From assembly GCA_017544725.1 (NCBI GenBank), contig JAFYDR010000317.1:1-57437 (forward strand): a stretch of 57,437 nt of DNA, in the 5' to 3' direction. Source of the stretch: Kiritimatiellia bacterium (lineage in GTDB: Bacteria > Verrucomicrobiota > Kiritimatiellia > RFP12 > UBA1067). Of this stretch, positions 1 to 10,546 are shown one piece after another; within the stretch, counting starts at the first letter, position 1, and each line of letters starts with the position of its first letter. The notes under the pieces are model-generated. The model was not told the DNA's origin. It saw only the letters and a program-made list of their open reading frames with translations, and did not search any database. A program made the translations under genes and the position numbers.

Positions 1-264
1 CGCGCGGGAACGTTCATGGGGAATAACTTGTCGGTTTCGACGACATGGGCGTTATCGTTACGCGGCGGACGCGACGGAGCGCGTCCCTCCCATTCGTCAC
101 TGCAACCTCTGGTTGCTTACTTCTCAGCATCTCAGCTTCCCCGCTTCTCAGCTGGGCGGCTTCGCCGCCCTGCGAAGTTATAGGCAAGTTGTTCTACCAG
201 TTGTCATTGTCGTTTCCAAAATCCTCTCGTGTGCATGAGATGGGTGAATTACGCAGATACGCCC
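1..264. mobile_element. Partial copy (one end) of the GGGCGCATCTGCG-TIR MITE-like mosaic element
   Basis: 218-264 AAAATCCTCTCGTGTGCATGAGATGGGTGAATTACGCAGATACGCCC matches the element end at 12857, 22027, 32635(rc) and 44661(rc). Positions 1-30 match 32979-33008. Confidence 0.7.
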
Positions 265-291
265 CATCATTCACAAAATACTCAAGATGCC

Positions 292-320
292 TTGACAACG
301 CACGGCATTTGTCGTAAAAT
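292..320 (+). promoter_or_regulatory. sigma70-type promoter of the toxin-antitoxin operon
   Basis: TTGACA(292-297)-17 bp-TAAAAT(315-320), followed by SD AAGGAG at 341-346. Confidence 0.75.
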
Positions 321-354
321 GTCCATGTTTTCACCAAGTAAAGGAGTATTCATC

Positions 355-639
355 ATGGCAACCACATCCCTCTCTATCCGGATCGACGAAGACCTCAAGG
401 CGGAGGCAGACGAGTTCTTCTCGGATATCGGCATGAACATGACCACCGCAATCACTTGTTTCTTCAAGAAGTGCCTCGACACGGGGGAGATCCCCTTCAA
501 GCTCGGACGAGGGAAGCACCTCCCCAACGCGAAGACGCGAGCGGTTCTTGACCGTATGGCCGCCGGGACAGAACCGATGTACGGACCGTACGACAGTACC
601 GAAGAAATGCTCAAGGCCGCGTTGGCAATGGAGGATTGA
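355..639 (+). CDS. dinJ: RelB/DinJ family antitoxin
   Basis: MATTSLSIRIDEDLKAEADEFFSDIGMNMTTAI...GEIPF is an RHH/DinJ pattern; SD upstream of ATG 355; directly upstream of a YafQ-like toxin. Confidence 0.88.
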   Translation: MATTSLSIRIDEDLKAEADEFFSDIGMNMTTAITCFFKKCLDTGEIPFKLGRGKHLPNAKTRAVLDRMAAGTEPMYGPYDSTEEMLKAALAMED

Positions 640-644
640 ACGCC

Positions 645-923
645 ATGCTCCAACGCATTTTCACGAAGCAGTTTTCGAGGGATCTTAAACTTGCGGTCAG
701 GCGAGGCAAAAGTTTGGAAAAGATTACGTCTGTCATCGATTTGCTTTGTGCGCAAACACCGCTGCCGCCCTCATTCAATGACCATCCGCTCAAAGGGAAA
801 CTTACGGGATGCCGCGACTGCCATGTCGAGCCAGACCTTGTTCTGATCTACCGAATCGTTCAAGACCAGCTTCAGTTGATCTGTGTCCGCCTCGGCACCC
901 ACGTCGATCTCTTCGGCGCGTGA
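645..923 (+). CDS. yafQ: YafQ family mRNA interferase toxin
   Basis: TKQFSRDLK...DHPLKG...RDCHVEPDLVLIY...RLGTHVDLF match the YafQ/RelE signature; GGAGGA SD. Confidence 0.9.
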   Translation: MLQRIFTKQFSRDLKLAVRRGKSLEKITSVIDLLCAQTPLPPSFNDHPLKGKLTGCRDCHVEPDLVLIYRIVQDQLQLICVRLGTHVDLFGA

Positions 924-944
924 AGACGACTATGGAGAGTCGCC

Positions 945-1033
945 CCGCTTCTCAGCCTCTCAGCTTCCCCGCTTCTCAGCTTATCCCGCCTCTCAGCTGG
1001 CGTTTTGTTTTTCATTTTTCATTCTTCATTCTT
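945..1033. repeat. CTCAG-module repeat plus TTCATT(C/T) heptamer run
   Basis: CCGCTTCTCAGCCTCTCAGCTTCCCCGCTTCTCAGC recurs at ~120, 4430, 12907, 26290, 45110 and 49440. Confidence 0.75.
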
Positions 1034-1049
1034 ATGCTATGCTATTCGC

Positions 1050-2771
1050 ATGAAAACGAATGCGTATCTGTTTGTCGTGGGAGTCCTGCTGGCGGGATCG
1101 GCTACCGCCGAACCGTTGCGGTTTCTTTCCTTTAACATCTGGGGTGACTATTTCAAGAATCCTGTCGAGGAACGGGAGGGAGGTGTCGAACGGTCGATCC
1201 GAAAGTATGCCCCGAATGTCATCTCGTTGCAGGAGGTGACAACGAACTGGTGGGCAAGCAAAATGTTCTCCAATCTCTCTGCCTCTTACGGTATCGTGGG
1301 CGGCGATGTCGATGAGGCATTGCGTCGCGCAGGTGCCGCCGACACCTCCCTGAAACCCATCAACTGGGTGAACCACGAGCCGCTGCTGTATCGAAAGGAC
1401 AGACTGACGCTCTTGGACTCGGGTTGCGATTTCTTCCATCTCTCTCTCCAAGCAGAGAAGAGTCTCACTTGGGGTGTATTGGAGGATAAAAAGGACGGTC
1501 GTCGATTCATCGCCTTCGCCACACATTTCTGGTGGATGGGTAACGGGAAGGAGAGCGATACCATTCGCGAGTTGAACGCGCGGCAGGTTCTGGCACGTGT
1601 AGCGGAAATCCGCCGGAAGTGGGGCGCACTACCCGTAATCGGCGGCGGCGACCTGAACTCTGTCCCCGGCTCGCTGGCGCATGAGGTCTTCCGTCTGGCC
1701 GGTTACCATAACGCGGCGGACGAGGCGGACGTGCGTTCCCCGCACCGCTCGCACCACGGCGACCCGAAACGCGGCAAAGACGGCGCTTACCACGGTTCCC
1801 TGCGCCCGCCGACGGATGACCAGCCTGGATTCTCGATCGACCATGTGTTTTTCACAGACGGCATCCACGCGATTCGTCACCAGATCGGAATCTCACAAAT
1901 GGAGCTGGACGTCTCCGACCATTCGCCCGTCATCGTCGAATTTGAACTCGTCGCTTCGTCGAAGGACGAACCTCGAATCAGCGGTTCGTCTTCCACCCGC
2001 TTCGTGCAGGAGGCGCGGAAAGCCTACGTCACCGATGCCTTTGCCTCCTACACAAACTCGATCGTGCAACGGTTCATCGGTCGTGCAGACACAGCTCTCG
2101 ATTCTCCGCGCACGAGTGACCTCGTGCGGTGGCTCGCAGTACCGAACGTACGGAACGTACGGGATATCGGCGGCTGGACAGGGCTGAGGACCGGACGTGT
2201 CTATCGGGGTTCGGAACTGAACGCCGTCGCCGACCACAAGTTGTCGATCAACAAACACGGCCGACGGTTGTTGGTGCAGCTGCTCGGTATCCGCAGCGAC
2301 CTCGATTTCCGTGCCGTTAATGCCGAATCGCGCGGGAGTTGCGTAACCAACTCCGCGCTCGGCGCGACGGTGCGGTTGATCGACCGTCCCATCGGCGCCT
2401 ATACGGAACTCTTCTCGCAGACGAACCAATATGCCGCCGTGATGCGCGTCTTCGCAGACGAATCGAATTACCCGATCTACATGCACTGCTGGGGCGGAGT
2501 AGATCGGACAGGAACCGTCGCGTTCTTCCTAGAGGGACTGTGCGGCGTGTCGGAAGCGGATTTGGCGATCGACTACGAACTCTCCAGTTTCGCATCGTTC
2601 GGACTCCGAACCCGTGCGAACGCAGGGAGCTACCGGTACGGCGATCTCATCAGGCGAATCAAGACCTATCCCGGCGCCACACTGCGCGACAAGTTCGAGT
2701 CGTGCGCAAAAACGACACTCGGACTAAGCGATTCCGAAATCGCCGCCATCCGCCGTAACCTCTGCCCCTAG
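1050..2771 (+). CDS. Secreted fusion of an EEP-family phosphodiesterase and a tyrosine-phosphatase-like (Y_phosphatase3) domain
   Basis: Signal peptide MKTNAYLFVVGVLLAGSATA. EEP motifs SFNI, LQEV, GGDLN, IDHVF, SDHSPV. PTP-like motifs NVRDIGG, YRGSEL, DLDFR, HCWGGVDRTG, DYELS. Confidence 0.85.
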   Translation: MKTNAYLFVVGVLLAGSATAEPLRFLSFNIWGDYFKNPVEEREGGVERSIRKYAPNVISLQEVTTNWWASKMFSNLSASYGIVGGDVDEALRRAGAADTSLKPINWVNHEPLLYRKDRLTLLDSGCDFFHLSLQAEKSLTWGVLEDKKDGRRFIAFATHFWWMGNGKESDTIRELNARQVLARVAEIRRKWGALPVIGGGDLNSVPGSLAHEVFRLAGYHNAADEADVRSPHRSHHGDPKRGKDGAYHGSLRPPTDDQPGFSIDHVFFTDGIHAIRHQIGISQMELDVSDHSPVIVEFELVASSKDEPRISGSSSTRFVQEARKAYVTDAFASYTNSIVQRFIGRADTALDSPRTSDLVRWLAVPNVRNVRDIGGWTGLRTGRVYRGSELNAVADHKLSINKHGRRLLVQLLGIRSDLDFRAVNAESRGSCVTNSALGATVRLIDRPIGAYTELFSQTNQYAAVMRVFADESNYPIYMHCWGGVDRTGTVAFFLEGLCGVSEADLAIDYELSSFASFGLRTRANAGSYRYGDLIRRIKTYPGATLRDKFESCAKTTLGLSDSEIAAIRRNLCP

Positions 2772-2848
2772 CCAACTGCCGCCCGAGGCGGTGGTTGGGC
2801 AGTTAGGTGGTTAGGGAAGCAGCACTCCTACCGCTTTCGGTTGAACCT

Positions 2849-2965
2849 GTTGCAAAACCTACTTGTCTGTCCCACGCAAAGTCCGCAATGTAATTCTAAA
2901 AGCGGAACTTCGCGTACGTGATGAATTTGGCGTGAGATATATTCTGAGGGTTTTACAATTACCTC
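2849..2965. repeat. Short inverted-repeat element, (GAGGCAA)TTGCAAAACC family
   Basis: GTTGCAAAACC...CACGCAAAG...TTGGCGTGAG...GGTTTTACAATTACCTC; relatives at 10368, 22246, 26365 and 53262. Confidence 0.7.
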
Positions 2966-3076
2966 GGTTAATAATAGAGCGCGGGAAGGGATAAAAGCGA
3001 TACGGACTATTTCTCTCGTCACTCGTATCTTGTCTCTCATCACTACCGCCTTCGGCGGCTCTGCCGCCGAACGGGC

Positions 3077-3105
3077 TTGACAATCGGGGTAGTTTCTGTG
3101 AAAAT
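3077..3105 (+). promoter_or_regulatory. Putative sigma70 promoter of the sugar kinase
   Basis: TTGACA-17 bp-GAAAAT with an extended TG. Confidence 0.5.
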
Positions 3106-3139
3106 GCGGTTTCCTTCTTTGAACGAAAGGTGGTTGGAT

Positions 3140-4213
3140 ATGAAGTTGAAGAAAAAGGCGAAGATCGCGTTGTTGGTCCCGACGAGTATGGGTGTGCGGA
3201 TTACCCCGTTACAGGGACAGCCGGTGCATTGCAGTTCCCTGTTCCAAATGCAGGCGACCAGTGCGGAGACCAATGTAGCTAGCGTCTCATCCTACCTCGG
3301 TCTCCCTGTCCGTGTACTGACTGCGTTCGTGAAAGGCAGTCCCATCGCCCGCTTCATCAAGGACAACCTAGCCTCGCGTCACATGGAGTACGAGGGACCC
3401 GAAATTGAGCAGGGCGGTCCGTGGGGCTACCGCCACCAGTTCAACATCGCCGACAGCGGACTCGGTTCGCGCGGTCCCCGCGTGTGGAACGACCGTGCGG
3501 GCGAGGTGGGACGGCAGCTGAACGCGAAGGACTTTGATCTCGACCGTATCTTCGGGAAGGAAGGGGTACAGATCGTCCACCTTTCCGGACTGATCGGTGC
3601 GCTTTCCCCAGAGACGAGCCGCTTTTGCCTGGAGATTGCCCGCACGGCGAAACGCAACGGAAGCAAAATCTCGTTCGACCTGAACTACCGCGCCTCGTTC
3701 TGGGTGAACAGGGAAAAGGAACTCTCGAAGATCTTCCGTGAAATCGCCTCACTCTCTGACATTCTGGTCGGGAACGAAGAGGACTTCCAGCTTTGCCTCG
3801 GCATGAAAGGACCAGACGCGGGCGGGAAGGATCTGCAGGCGAAAATCGACGGCTTCAAAGAAATGATCGAGCGCGTCCGAAAAGAGTACCCGCAAGCGAG
3901 CGTTTTCGGTACGACCTTGCGTCAGGTGATCGACACCAACCATCATCTGTGGGGTGCGATTCTGCGGACGCCGGAGGGGTGGCAGGTCGTGCAGCCGCGC
4001 GAAATCGCCGTAACCGACCGCATCGGCGGCGGCGACGGCTTTGTCGGCGGACTGCTCTATGCGATCCTCCGAGGCTGGGAACCCGAAAAATGGATCCAGT
4101 TCGGCTGGGCTTGCGGCGCGTTGGCGACTACCCTGCTGACCGACTACGGGCAACCTGCCGACGAAGACCAGATCTGGTCGATCTGGAAAGGTAACGCCCG
4201 CGTCCAACGGTAG
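3140..4213 (+). CDS. PfkB family sugar kinase (2-dehydro-3-deoxygluconokinase-like)
   Basis: SAETNVA, SFDLNYRASFW, GNEEDF and DRIGGGDGFVGG PfkB/KdgK motifs. Confidence 0.85.
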   Translation: MKLKKKAKIALLVPTSMGVRITPLQGQPVHCSSLFQMQATSAETNVASVSSYLGLPVRVLTAFVKGSPIARFIKDNLASRHMEYEGPEIEQGGPWGYRHQFNIADSGLGSRGPRVWNDRAGEVGRQLNAKDFDLDRIFGKEGVQIVHLSGLIGALSPETSRFCLEIARTAKRNGSKISFDLNYRASFWVNREKELSKIFREIASLSDILVGNEEDFQLCLGMKGPDAGGKDLQAKIDGFKEMIERVRKEYPQASVFGTTLRQVIDTNHHLWGAILRTPEGWQVVQPREIAVTDRIGGGDGFVGGLLYAILRGWEPEKWIQFGWACGALATTLLTDYGQPADEDQIWSIWKGNARVQR

Positions 4214-4221
4214 GCTGGGCA

Positions 4222-4283
4222 GCGGCGACATGGCATGACGAGCTGTGGTAGATTGTTCTGCCGCCCTTTCAGGGCTAAGCGGT
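4222..4283. repeat. Partial REP-like element (GCCCTGAAAGGGC family)
   Basis: Reverse complement of ~10119-10170 (GCCCTGAAGGGGCGACGGAACAATCTACCGCAGATCGTCATGCCATG). Confidence 0.7.
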
Positions 4284-4499
4284 CATGATAAGCGCGACTC
4301 TCCTGTTCGATTGCAATCGACAGCAATCGATAGCTGCCGATGACACGCGACAAACGACACGCGACACGTTGCATTGGACTGGCGGCTATCCCGTCCCAAC
4401 TGTCCCCTTTGTCTCCATCGTCCCCTACTTAGCCTCTCAGCTTCCCCGCTTCTCAGCTGGCGGCTTTGCCGCCTTGGGAGACACAAGCACAACACAACC

Positions 4500-4528
4500 T
4501 TGACGGATTTCCACCAAACTGCTATTCT
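4500..4528 (+). promoter_or_regulatory. Putative sigma70 promoter of the nucleoside hydrolase
   Basis: TTGACG-17 bp-TATTCT with an extended TG. Confidence 0.5.
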
Positions 4529-4586
4529 TTCGCTGTCCAAAGGACAAAGTGTCCTGAAAACGTTTTTACCTCTGGAGTTCGAGACT

Positions 4587-5711
4587 ATGAAAAACGCAAT
4601 GATTCCAATTTGCCTGTTCGCAGCGTTGTTCGCGGCAGGGAACACGTCCCTGGCAGCCACAGACGGAAACGGTAAAACCACCGCGCCCGTAAAGGTAATC
4701 TTCGATACGGATATGCTTACGGACTTTGATGACGTGGGTGCGCTCGCCTGCCTGCACGCGCTCGCGGACGCGGGCGAGTGTGAAATCCTTGCCACGATCA
4801 GCTCGACGCGAGGCAACGCCTCTGTCGGCGCGGTCCAGGTGATCAACCACTACTACGGCCGCCCGAATCTCCCGGTCGGTGCGCCGAAGGGCATGGGCGT
4901 TCTCGGCGCGCACACCGGTGCCAAGGTGAAAGTAGATTCGTCCGCGCCTCTCGGCGAGAAGAAAGGCGGCCACTACAAGTACCGCAAGTTGCTTGCGGAC
5001 TACCCCGGTTGGTACCGCTATGCCGATTCGGACGACGCGCCGGATGCGAACAATGTCTATCGCAGCGTCCTCGCCGCGCAGCCGGACAACAGCGTTGTGA
5101 TCTGTTCCGTCGGCTTCATCACCAACATGCGCCGCCTTCTCGAAACAAAGCCCGATGCCATCTCGCCGCTTGACGGCAAGGCGCTCGTGGCGAAGAAGGT
5201 GAAACGCTGGGTCGCGATGGCGTGCCGTTATCCAGACGGCAAGGAATACAATTCGATGTGGGATCACGAATCCTCGCGCATCGCGTTCGAGAACTGGCCC
5301 ACGCCCATCCTGTTCTCCGACTGGCAGTACGGGCACGATTGCTTTGCCGGACGCGCCGTCGCGGAGATGAAGGTGGAGCGCAGCCCCGTAAAGGACGTGT
5401 TCGCGAACAACATTCCATCGCGAGATCAAATCCGCAAAGACTCCCACAAGTGGCTCCGAAGCGGGTTCGGCATGGGGGGACGTTCCGCGTGGGACGAGAC
5501 GGCTGTGTTGCTCGCCGTGCGTGGCGTAGAACCGTACTTCAACGCCGAGCGCGGTACCTACCGTATGGTCGGCGACAAGGGTGACGACGAGTGGGCACCT
5601 GATGCCGAGAACGGTCCGCACATCCGCATTACGCAGCGTATGCCTAAGGCGGAGGTCGCCCGCGTCATCGATGAACTGATGACACGCAAGCCGAAGAACG
5701 GCAAGAACTGA
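4587..5711 (+). CDS. Secreted inosine/uridine-preferring nucleoside hydrolase family protein
   Basis: Signal peptide, then VIFDTDMLTDFDDVGAL (DxDxxxDD metal motif), EYN and SAWDET. Confidence 0.85.
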   Translation: MKNAMIPICLFAALFAAGNTSLAATDGNGKTTAPVKVIFDTDMLTDFDDVGALACLHALADAGECEILATISSTRGNASVGAVQVINHYYGRPNLPVGAPKGMGVLGAHTGAKVKVDSSAPLGEKKGGHYKYRKLLADYPGWYRYADSDDAPDANNVYRSVLAAQPDNSVVICSVGFITNMRRLLETKPDAISPLDGKALVAKKVKRWVAMACRYPDGKEYNSMWDHESSRIAFENWPTPILFSDWQYGHDCFAGRAVAEMKVERSPVKDVFANNIPSRDQIRKDSHKWLRSGFGMGGRSAWDETAVLLAVRGVEPYFNAERGTYRMVGDKGDDEWAPDAENGPHIRITQRMPKAEVARVIDELMTRKPKNGKN

Positions 5712-5777
5712 TTTCCTGTCAGGTCGCAACCGCCTATGGCTCATAAAAACCAAGAAGAACCAAAAAAGGAAACGGAC

Positions 5778-8700
5778 ATGAGTGCCACCAACAAAAACAA
5801 CAGAAGAAATGCCATTCGTTATCTCCTCGCCGGTTTCATGGCGGTCGCGACAAGCGGAACTCCACCGGCGTTAGCTGCCGACTGGACTGACACGAACAAC
5901 GCTACGTACACCGCACTGAGGTCTATCAACGGCGGAGCGACCGATATAGCCACGGGCGGCGGATGGATCGTCACCGACATCACGCCGACATGCACGGACA
6001 CCGTGAAGATACGCTTCAGACTTCATGACACGTGGACACAAACCCTGTGGTGCGGGCGGGGAACTACCACGACCTCCGCAACATTCACGGGGTTCTTCCT
6101 TGACAATGTAATCCGCTGCGACCGCAACGCCAATGCGGGGGCAAAAGGTGCGACAACGCCAGGCACCGCAAATGACTGCACCGTGGTCGCGAACTATGAT
6201 ACGTGTCAGTTCCTCGTCAATGACGAAGTGCAGGGCGCGATGATGGCTTCCGGCAACTATAATGTCGGCAGTGCGCTGATGCTCTTCGGCAGCCACACGA
6301 AGGGGACGGACCTCTCCGACTTAATTGCCGCCGAGGATGTTGACAACAGAGGTTCTTACGATCTATACTACTTCCAGCTTTATTCTTCCGCAGGAGCGTT
6401 GACGCACAATCTCATGCCGGCTGCTCGCGACAGCGACGGGGCGGTCGGTCTGTTCGACACGGTGACGAGTAACTTCTACGCCAAGGCGACGAACAGCGGC
6501 GATTTCACATCTGAGGCGAAGACGGTGGTCACAGGTACGCCAGTCAAGTGGACGGGGCTTGGCGGCGACAACAACATGTCCAACCCCGCGAACTGGGAGG
6601 GCGGCGTAGTACCCGTCGCGGGACAGGATCTCGACTTCACCATCGCAACACCGCTCGTCCCCATCAACGCAGACATCAACGCCACATTCGGCAACGTGTG
6701 GCTCGGCGATGTGGAGAAGACGACCTTCACCGGCACCTTGACCGCGAACGACGTCAACAACCGCTCGATGTTGGAGGTTGCCGATGGTGCGACGGTGACG
6801 CTCTTGAATGTTGTCGCATCCGCCATCTGGACGGGCACGGCGAATAACGGCGAATTCTACGATCCCGACAACTGGACATGCCTCAATGAAGTGGGCACCC
6901 CGATCGCCGGGGCGTTCCCACATACGATACCGCCATCACCCTCGGTGCGGATGTTCCCATCGATAGCTGGACGAACGTCAATTTCGCCGGGATATCTGGA
7001 CCGATAGATCTTGCCGGCCATTCGCTAACCGTATCGGGGACGTTCTTCAATGGGGTAACTTCATCGTCAAAGAATGTCATCGTAAACGGCACGTTCGAGG
7101 CAGACTCTGTTCCCGATGGAGAAAATCTGTCTGTTGCGCCAACAGGCTGGAGTACAAATGGTGTCGTGCTACTCATTCGAAAAAACACCACCTACACCTA
7201 TACATTGAGAAATACCGCAAGCAACTATTGCTATATTCAGAGAGGTGGATACATAACCCAGACGTTCACACTTGCCGAGGATGCCGTCCTCTCGATTTCG
7301 CTGAAGGTCTGCAACAAAAACGTTCTGAACAGCTCTGGAAAAGTCTCATATTGGAAATCGAACGGAAACATACAAATAGACGGCACGAAGGTTGTCTCGT
7401 GGACTGAAGGAGACCACAAGGAACGTACCATTACGGCGACTGCGTCGGTTTCTGCGGGAACGCACACGATCAAAATCTCCTGTACCAGCAATGCCGGCAA
7501 CGCGATCGACAACGTATCGTTGTCATTCACGCCATCTGTGAAAATCGTAACCGATACTGTCGGTGGTGGTGAACTGCACGTAAATGTGCCAGAGGACGAA
7601 ACGGCGAACAACATCGGCGTGGACTTGGCAGGGCATCTCAAGCTGGTGAAGGAAGGTGCGGGCGCGTTCGTCTCGAAACGGCGTACCCTTTCCTACGATG
7701 GCGGCAACGAAGTCGTAGCCGGAACGCTTTCTACAACGGAGGGTTGGGGTACGGAGGCAATCAACTATCGTACGTTCGGTGCACTTGAAAGCACTATCGC
7801 CGTCCGGTCCGGCGGCACGTTGCTCAATACCAAGAGCAACGGCGACTTCCTCAATTACGGCATCGTTCTCGACGGTGGTACGCTCAAGGCCGACGTGGAC
7901 GGTACGCTCGTACCGGCGAACGAGAACCTGACCTTGACGGTCGGCTCGGGAGGCGGCATCATCGACACCGCCGGAAAATCCGTTACGATCGATGAGCCAA
8001 TCCTTGCGGCGGACGGGATGTCCGGCGGTATGAGGTTCATGGGTGGCGGGGATGTCACGATCACCAATGGGAACACCTACGTTGGCACAATTGTGGAAAT
8101 CGGCACAATCCTCCACATTCCCACCGATGAAGATTTCCCCAGCACTTTTGCCATCGAGGTTCCGGTGGGGGCGACAGGCGAGTCCCTGTCAGATGGCGTT
8201 TATACGCTTGCCGTACTTGACGGCGCGGGCGAATTCCAGTCCAGTGTACTGACCGGCATCGTAAAGCCCGCAAATGTCGCGATACGCCTTTCCACAGACA
8301 ACAAGGCTATCATCTGCATCTACGGCAATCCACCGAACACGTGGATCGGTGGTTCCAGCGGAAGCCTGAGCGTGGATACGAACTGGAGCCTCGGCTTCAC
8401 GCCTAAAAGGGGCGACAGTTGCGTGATCGGTAACGGCACGGCGGCGAACTTGACCGTTGGGAGCACATTCGCGCCAGACGCCATCACCTTCCCAGAAGGC
8501 ACGGCGACGATTACAATTTCGGGCGGGGATTCGATTTCCGGAATTTCGGCAATCACGAACCTTTCGGACGAAACGTGTGTGTTCGAGGTCCCCGTCGCGT
8601 TCGCGGGTGAGATTCTTGTTTCGCAGAAGGCTGTTGATTGGGCTATGCACGAGCAATCGAGCATCCGTTTTACGGGAGGCGTGACAGGGACGACATTCGC

Positions 8701-9859
8701 CGAAGGTACGGCTCGCTACCTGAACGGCGCGTATTCGCTTTTGACCGCCGATGGGTGGGTAGCGAACACGTATTCGGACAATACGCGCTGGGGAATTCAG
8801 CAAGGATCATCGCTCACGGTTCCGGTGGCGACCGACACGAGCGAACTTGCGCTTGGCGAAGGTACTGATGTTGTCATCGCAGGCGGCGCATTCACGGCGG
8901 CGGTGGTGCGTACGACGGCTCGTTTGTGCTGCTACAATCAGGGGGAATATGTTGTTACGAATGAACTCGTGATGACGATGCCTGGTGCGGACCGACACCT
9001 TGCCTATCGGAAGAGCGCAGGGGCGTTCAAGTTCGAGAAGGTGACGCTCGGCAACACGGGCGCGAACAAGTGGTTCTACTTCGCCAACAGCGGTGATTAC
9101 TACCAGAACAAGAACATCTGGATCGGTGCGGGCGGGCTCAACTTCGCCGAGGGCGTGAGCGCGGCTACCGCATACGCCTGCGGACGGCGTGCGGACGACG
9201 TCATTTACGTGCGTCCGTGGCATTCCGACTACACGATCGGTACGAAATCCGGTTCGACGCGGGACTTCGTAATCTACAGGGCTACGCACCTCGGCACGAC
9301 CGACGAGAATGGCGTGGCGCGCACCGTGACGGCGGATGGCATATTCTACGGTTCCGCCGCATTGTATGTCGAGGGCGAGGGGCGATTTGTCGTCAACGCC
9401 GTCAACACGCTCTCCGGCGCGGTGACGGTCAACGACACGGCGACGCTGGCGGTCAACGCGGGTAAGAAGGTGACGACGGGGGCACTGACAGTCAACGCCG
9501 GTGCAACGCTAGAGGTGGCGCAGTCTGGCACGGTTACACTCGCCGGCAACCTGACGCTGGCGAGCGGCGCATGCCTTGGATTCAACTTCACGAACACCAA
9601 GAATCCTCCCGTACTTTCCATTGCTAACGGCAAAACAGTCACGGTAAATGGAGCGGTAACGGTGAAGATTTCTGCGGGCAGTGTCTGGCCGGCAGGTGGC
9701 GAAAAGGTTCTCACCACCTGCGGTGGATTCGATGCCGAAGGGGTGTCCGTCACGCTTGCCAATGACTCGCCGGAATGGGTGAAGAGCCTTTCCGTCAACT
9801 CCGAAGGTAACATCGTCATCGTCGTCAAGCCGCGGGGAACGATAATAATCTTGCGGTAA
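5778..9859 (+). pseudogene. Large secreted passenger-like protein interrupted by a 1-nt frameshift near 6917-6920 (pseudogene or sequencing error)
   Basis: SD and signal peptide at 5778. From 6920 the -1 frame reads TYDTAITLGADVP...VNGTFEAD and continues into ORF 7166-9859. Contains autotransporter-associated strand repeats (LVKEGAG) and ends KPRGTIIILR*. Confidence 0.8.
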
Positions 9860-10042
9860 AGCTCACCGCTGGTTTTGCTCAGTTCGCTTCGCGAGGGCAA
9901 CAATGAAAAGATAAAAATGAAGTGCCGCCTTGCTGCGGCAATGACAAATGAAAAATGAAGAACTGTGCCTTCATTTTCATTCTTCATTAGCGATATGCCC
10001 TCATCGTCGAAATCGACAGGATTTGCGCTGGCATGGTTATGT

Positions 10043-10263
10043 AAGCCCCGAAAGGGCGGCAACTATACAGACGGGGGTGAGCGAAGCGTAACCCCCGGCG
10101 GTACAACCAGTACCCGCCAAGCCCTGAAGGGGCGACGGAACAATCTACCGCAGATCGTCATGCCATGCCACCTTCTGTTGCCCTTTCAGGGTTAATGTCG
10201 CTTTTTTTGATTTCGGGGGGCTACGCTTGCCCCCGTCTGTGGACCTTCGCCCCTTCGGGGCTT
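10043..10263. repeat. REPIN-like element with nested palindromes
   Basis: Terminal IR AAGCCCCGAAAGGGCG / CGCCCCTTCGGGGCTT, inner ACAGACGGGG / CCCCGTCTGT, and GCCCTGAAGGGGC / GCCCTTTCAGGG. Confidence 0.75.
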
Positions 10264-10546
10264 GTCGAAATACCCATTTCACATTGACTGTTGGTTGTTA
10301 TCACATTTGCACATTTTCCTTAAGTTGCCGACTCGGATGATTTATCTCGCGAACGCTATGGGGAGCTTGTCTGTCCCACGCAAAGTATTTTTTAAGAACA
10401 GACACGTACTTGGTGTACTTGGCGTGAGATTTATTCGGGGTACAATCACAATTACCTCAGACTTTGAAATTACTTCTGCTATGAAGCATCGAGTCTCTTG
10501 CTTTTGAGCGACAGGCTTCTCATCTGGCGATGCCAGCCGTCCTATC

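Noticed and set aside
4566-5753. Long antisense or overlapping ORFs (e.g. 4566-5753, 27510-28508, 37118-38197, 42038-43519, 47192-48106, 53521-54546)
   Set aside because: These are shadow ORFs opposite well-supported genes in high-GC DNA, with no recognisable motifs or SDs.
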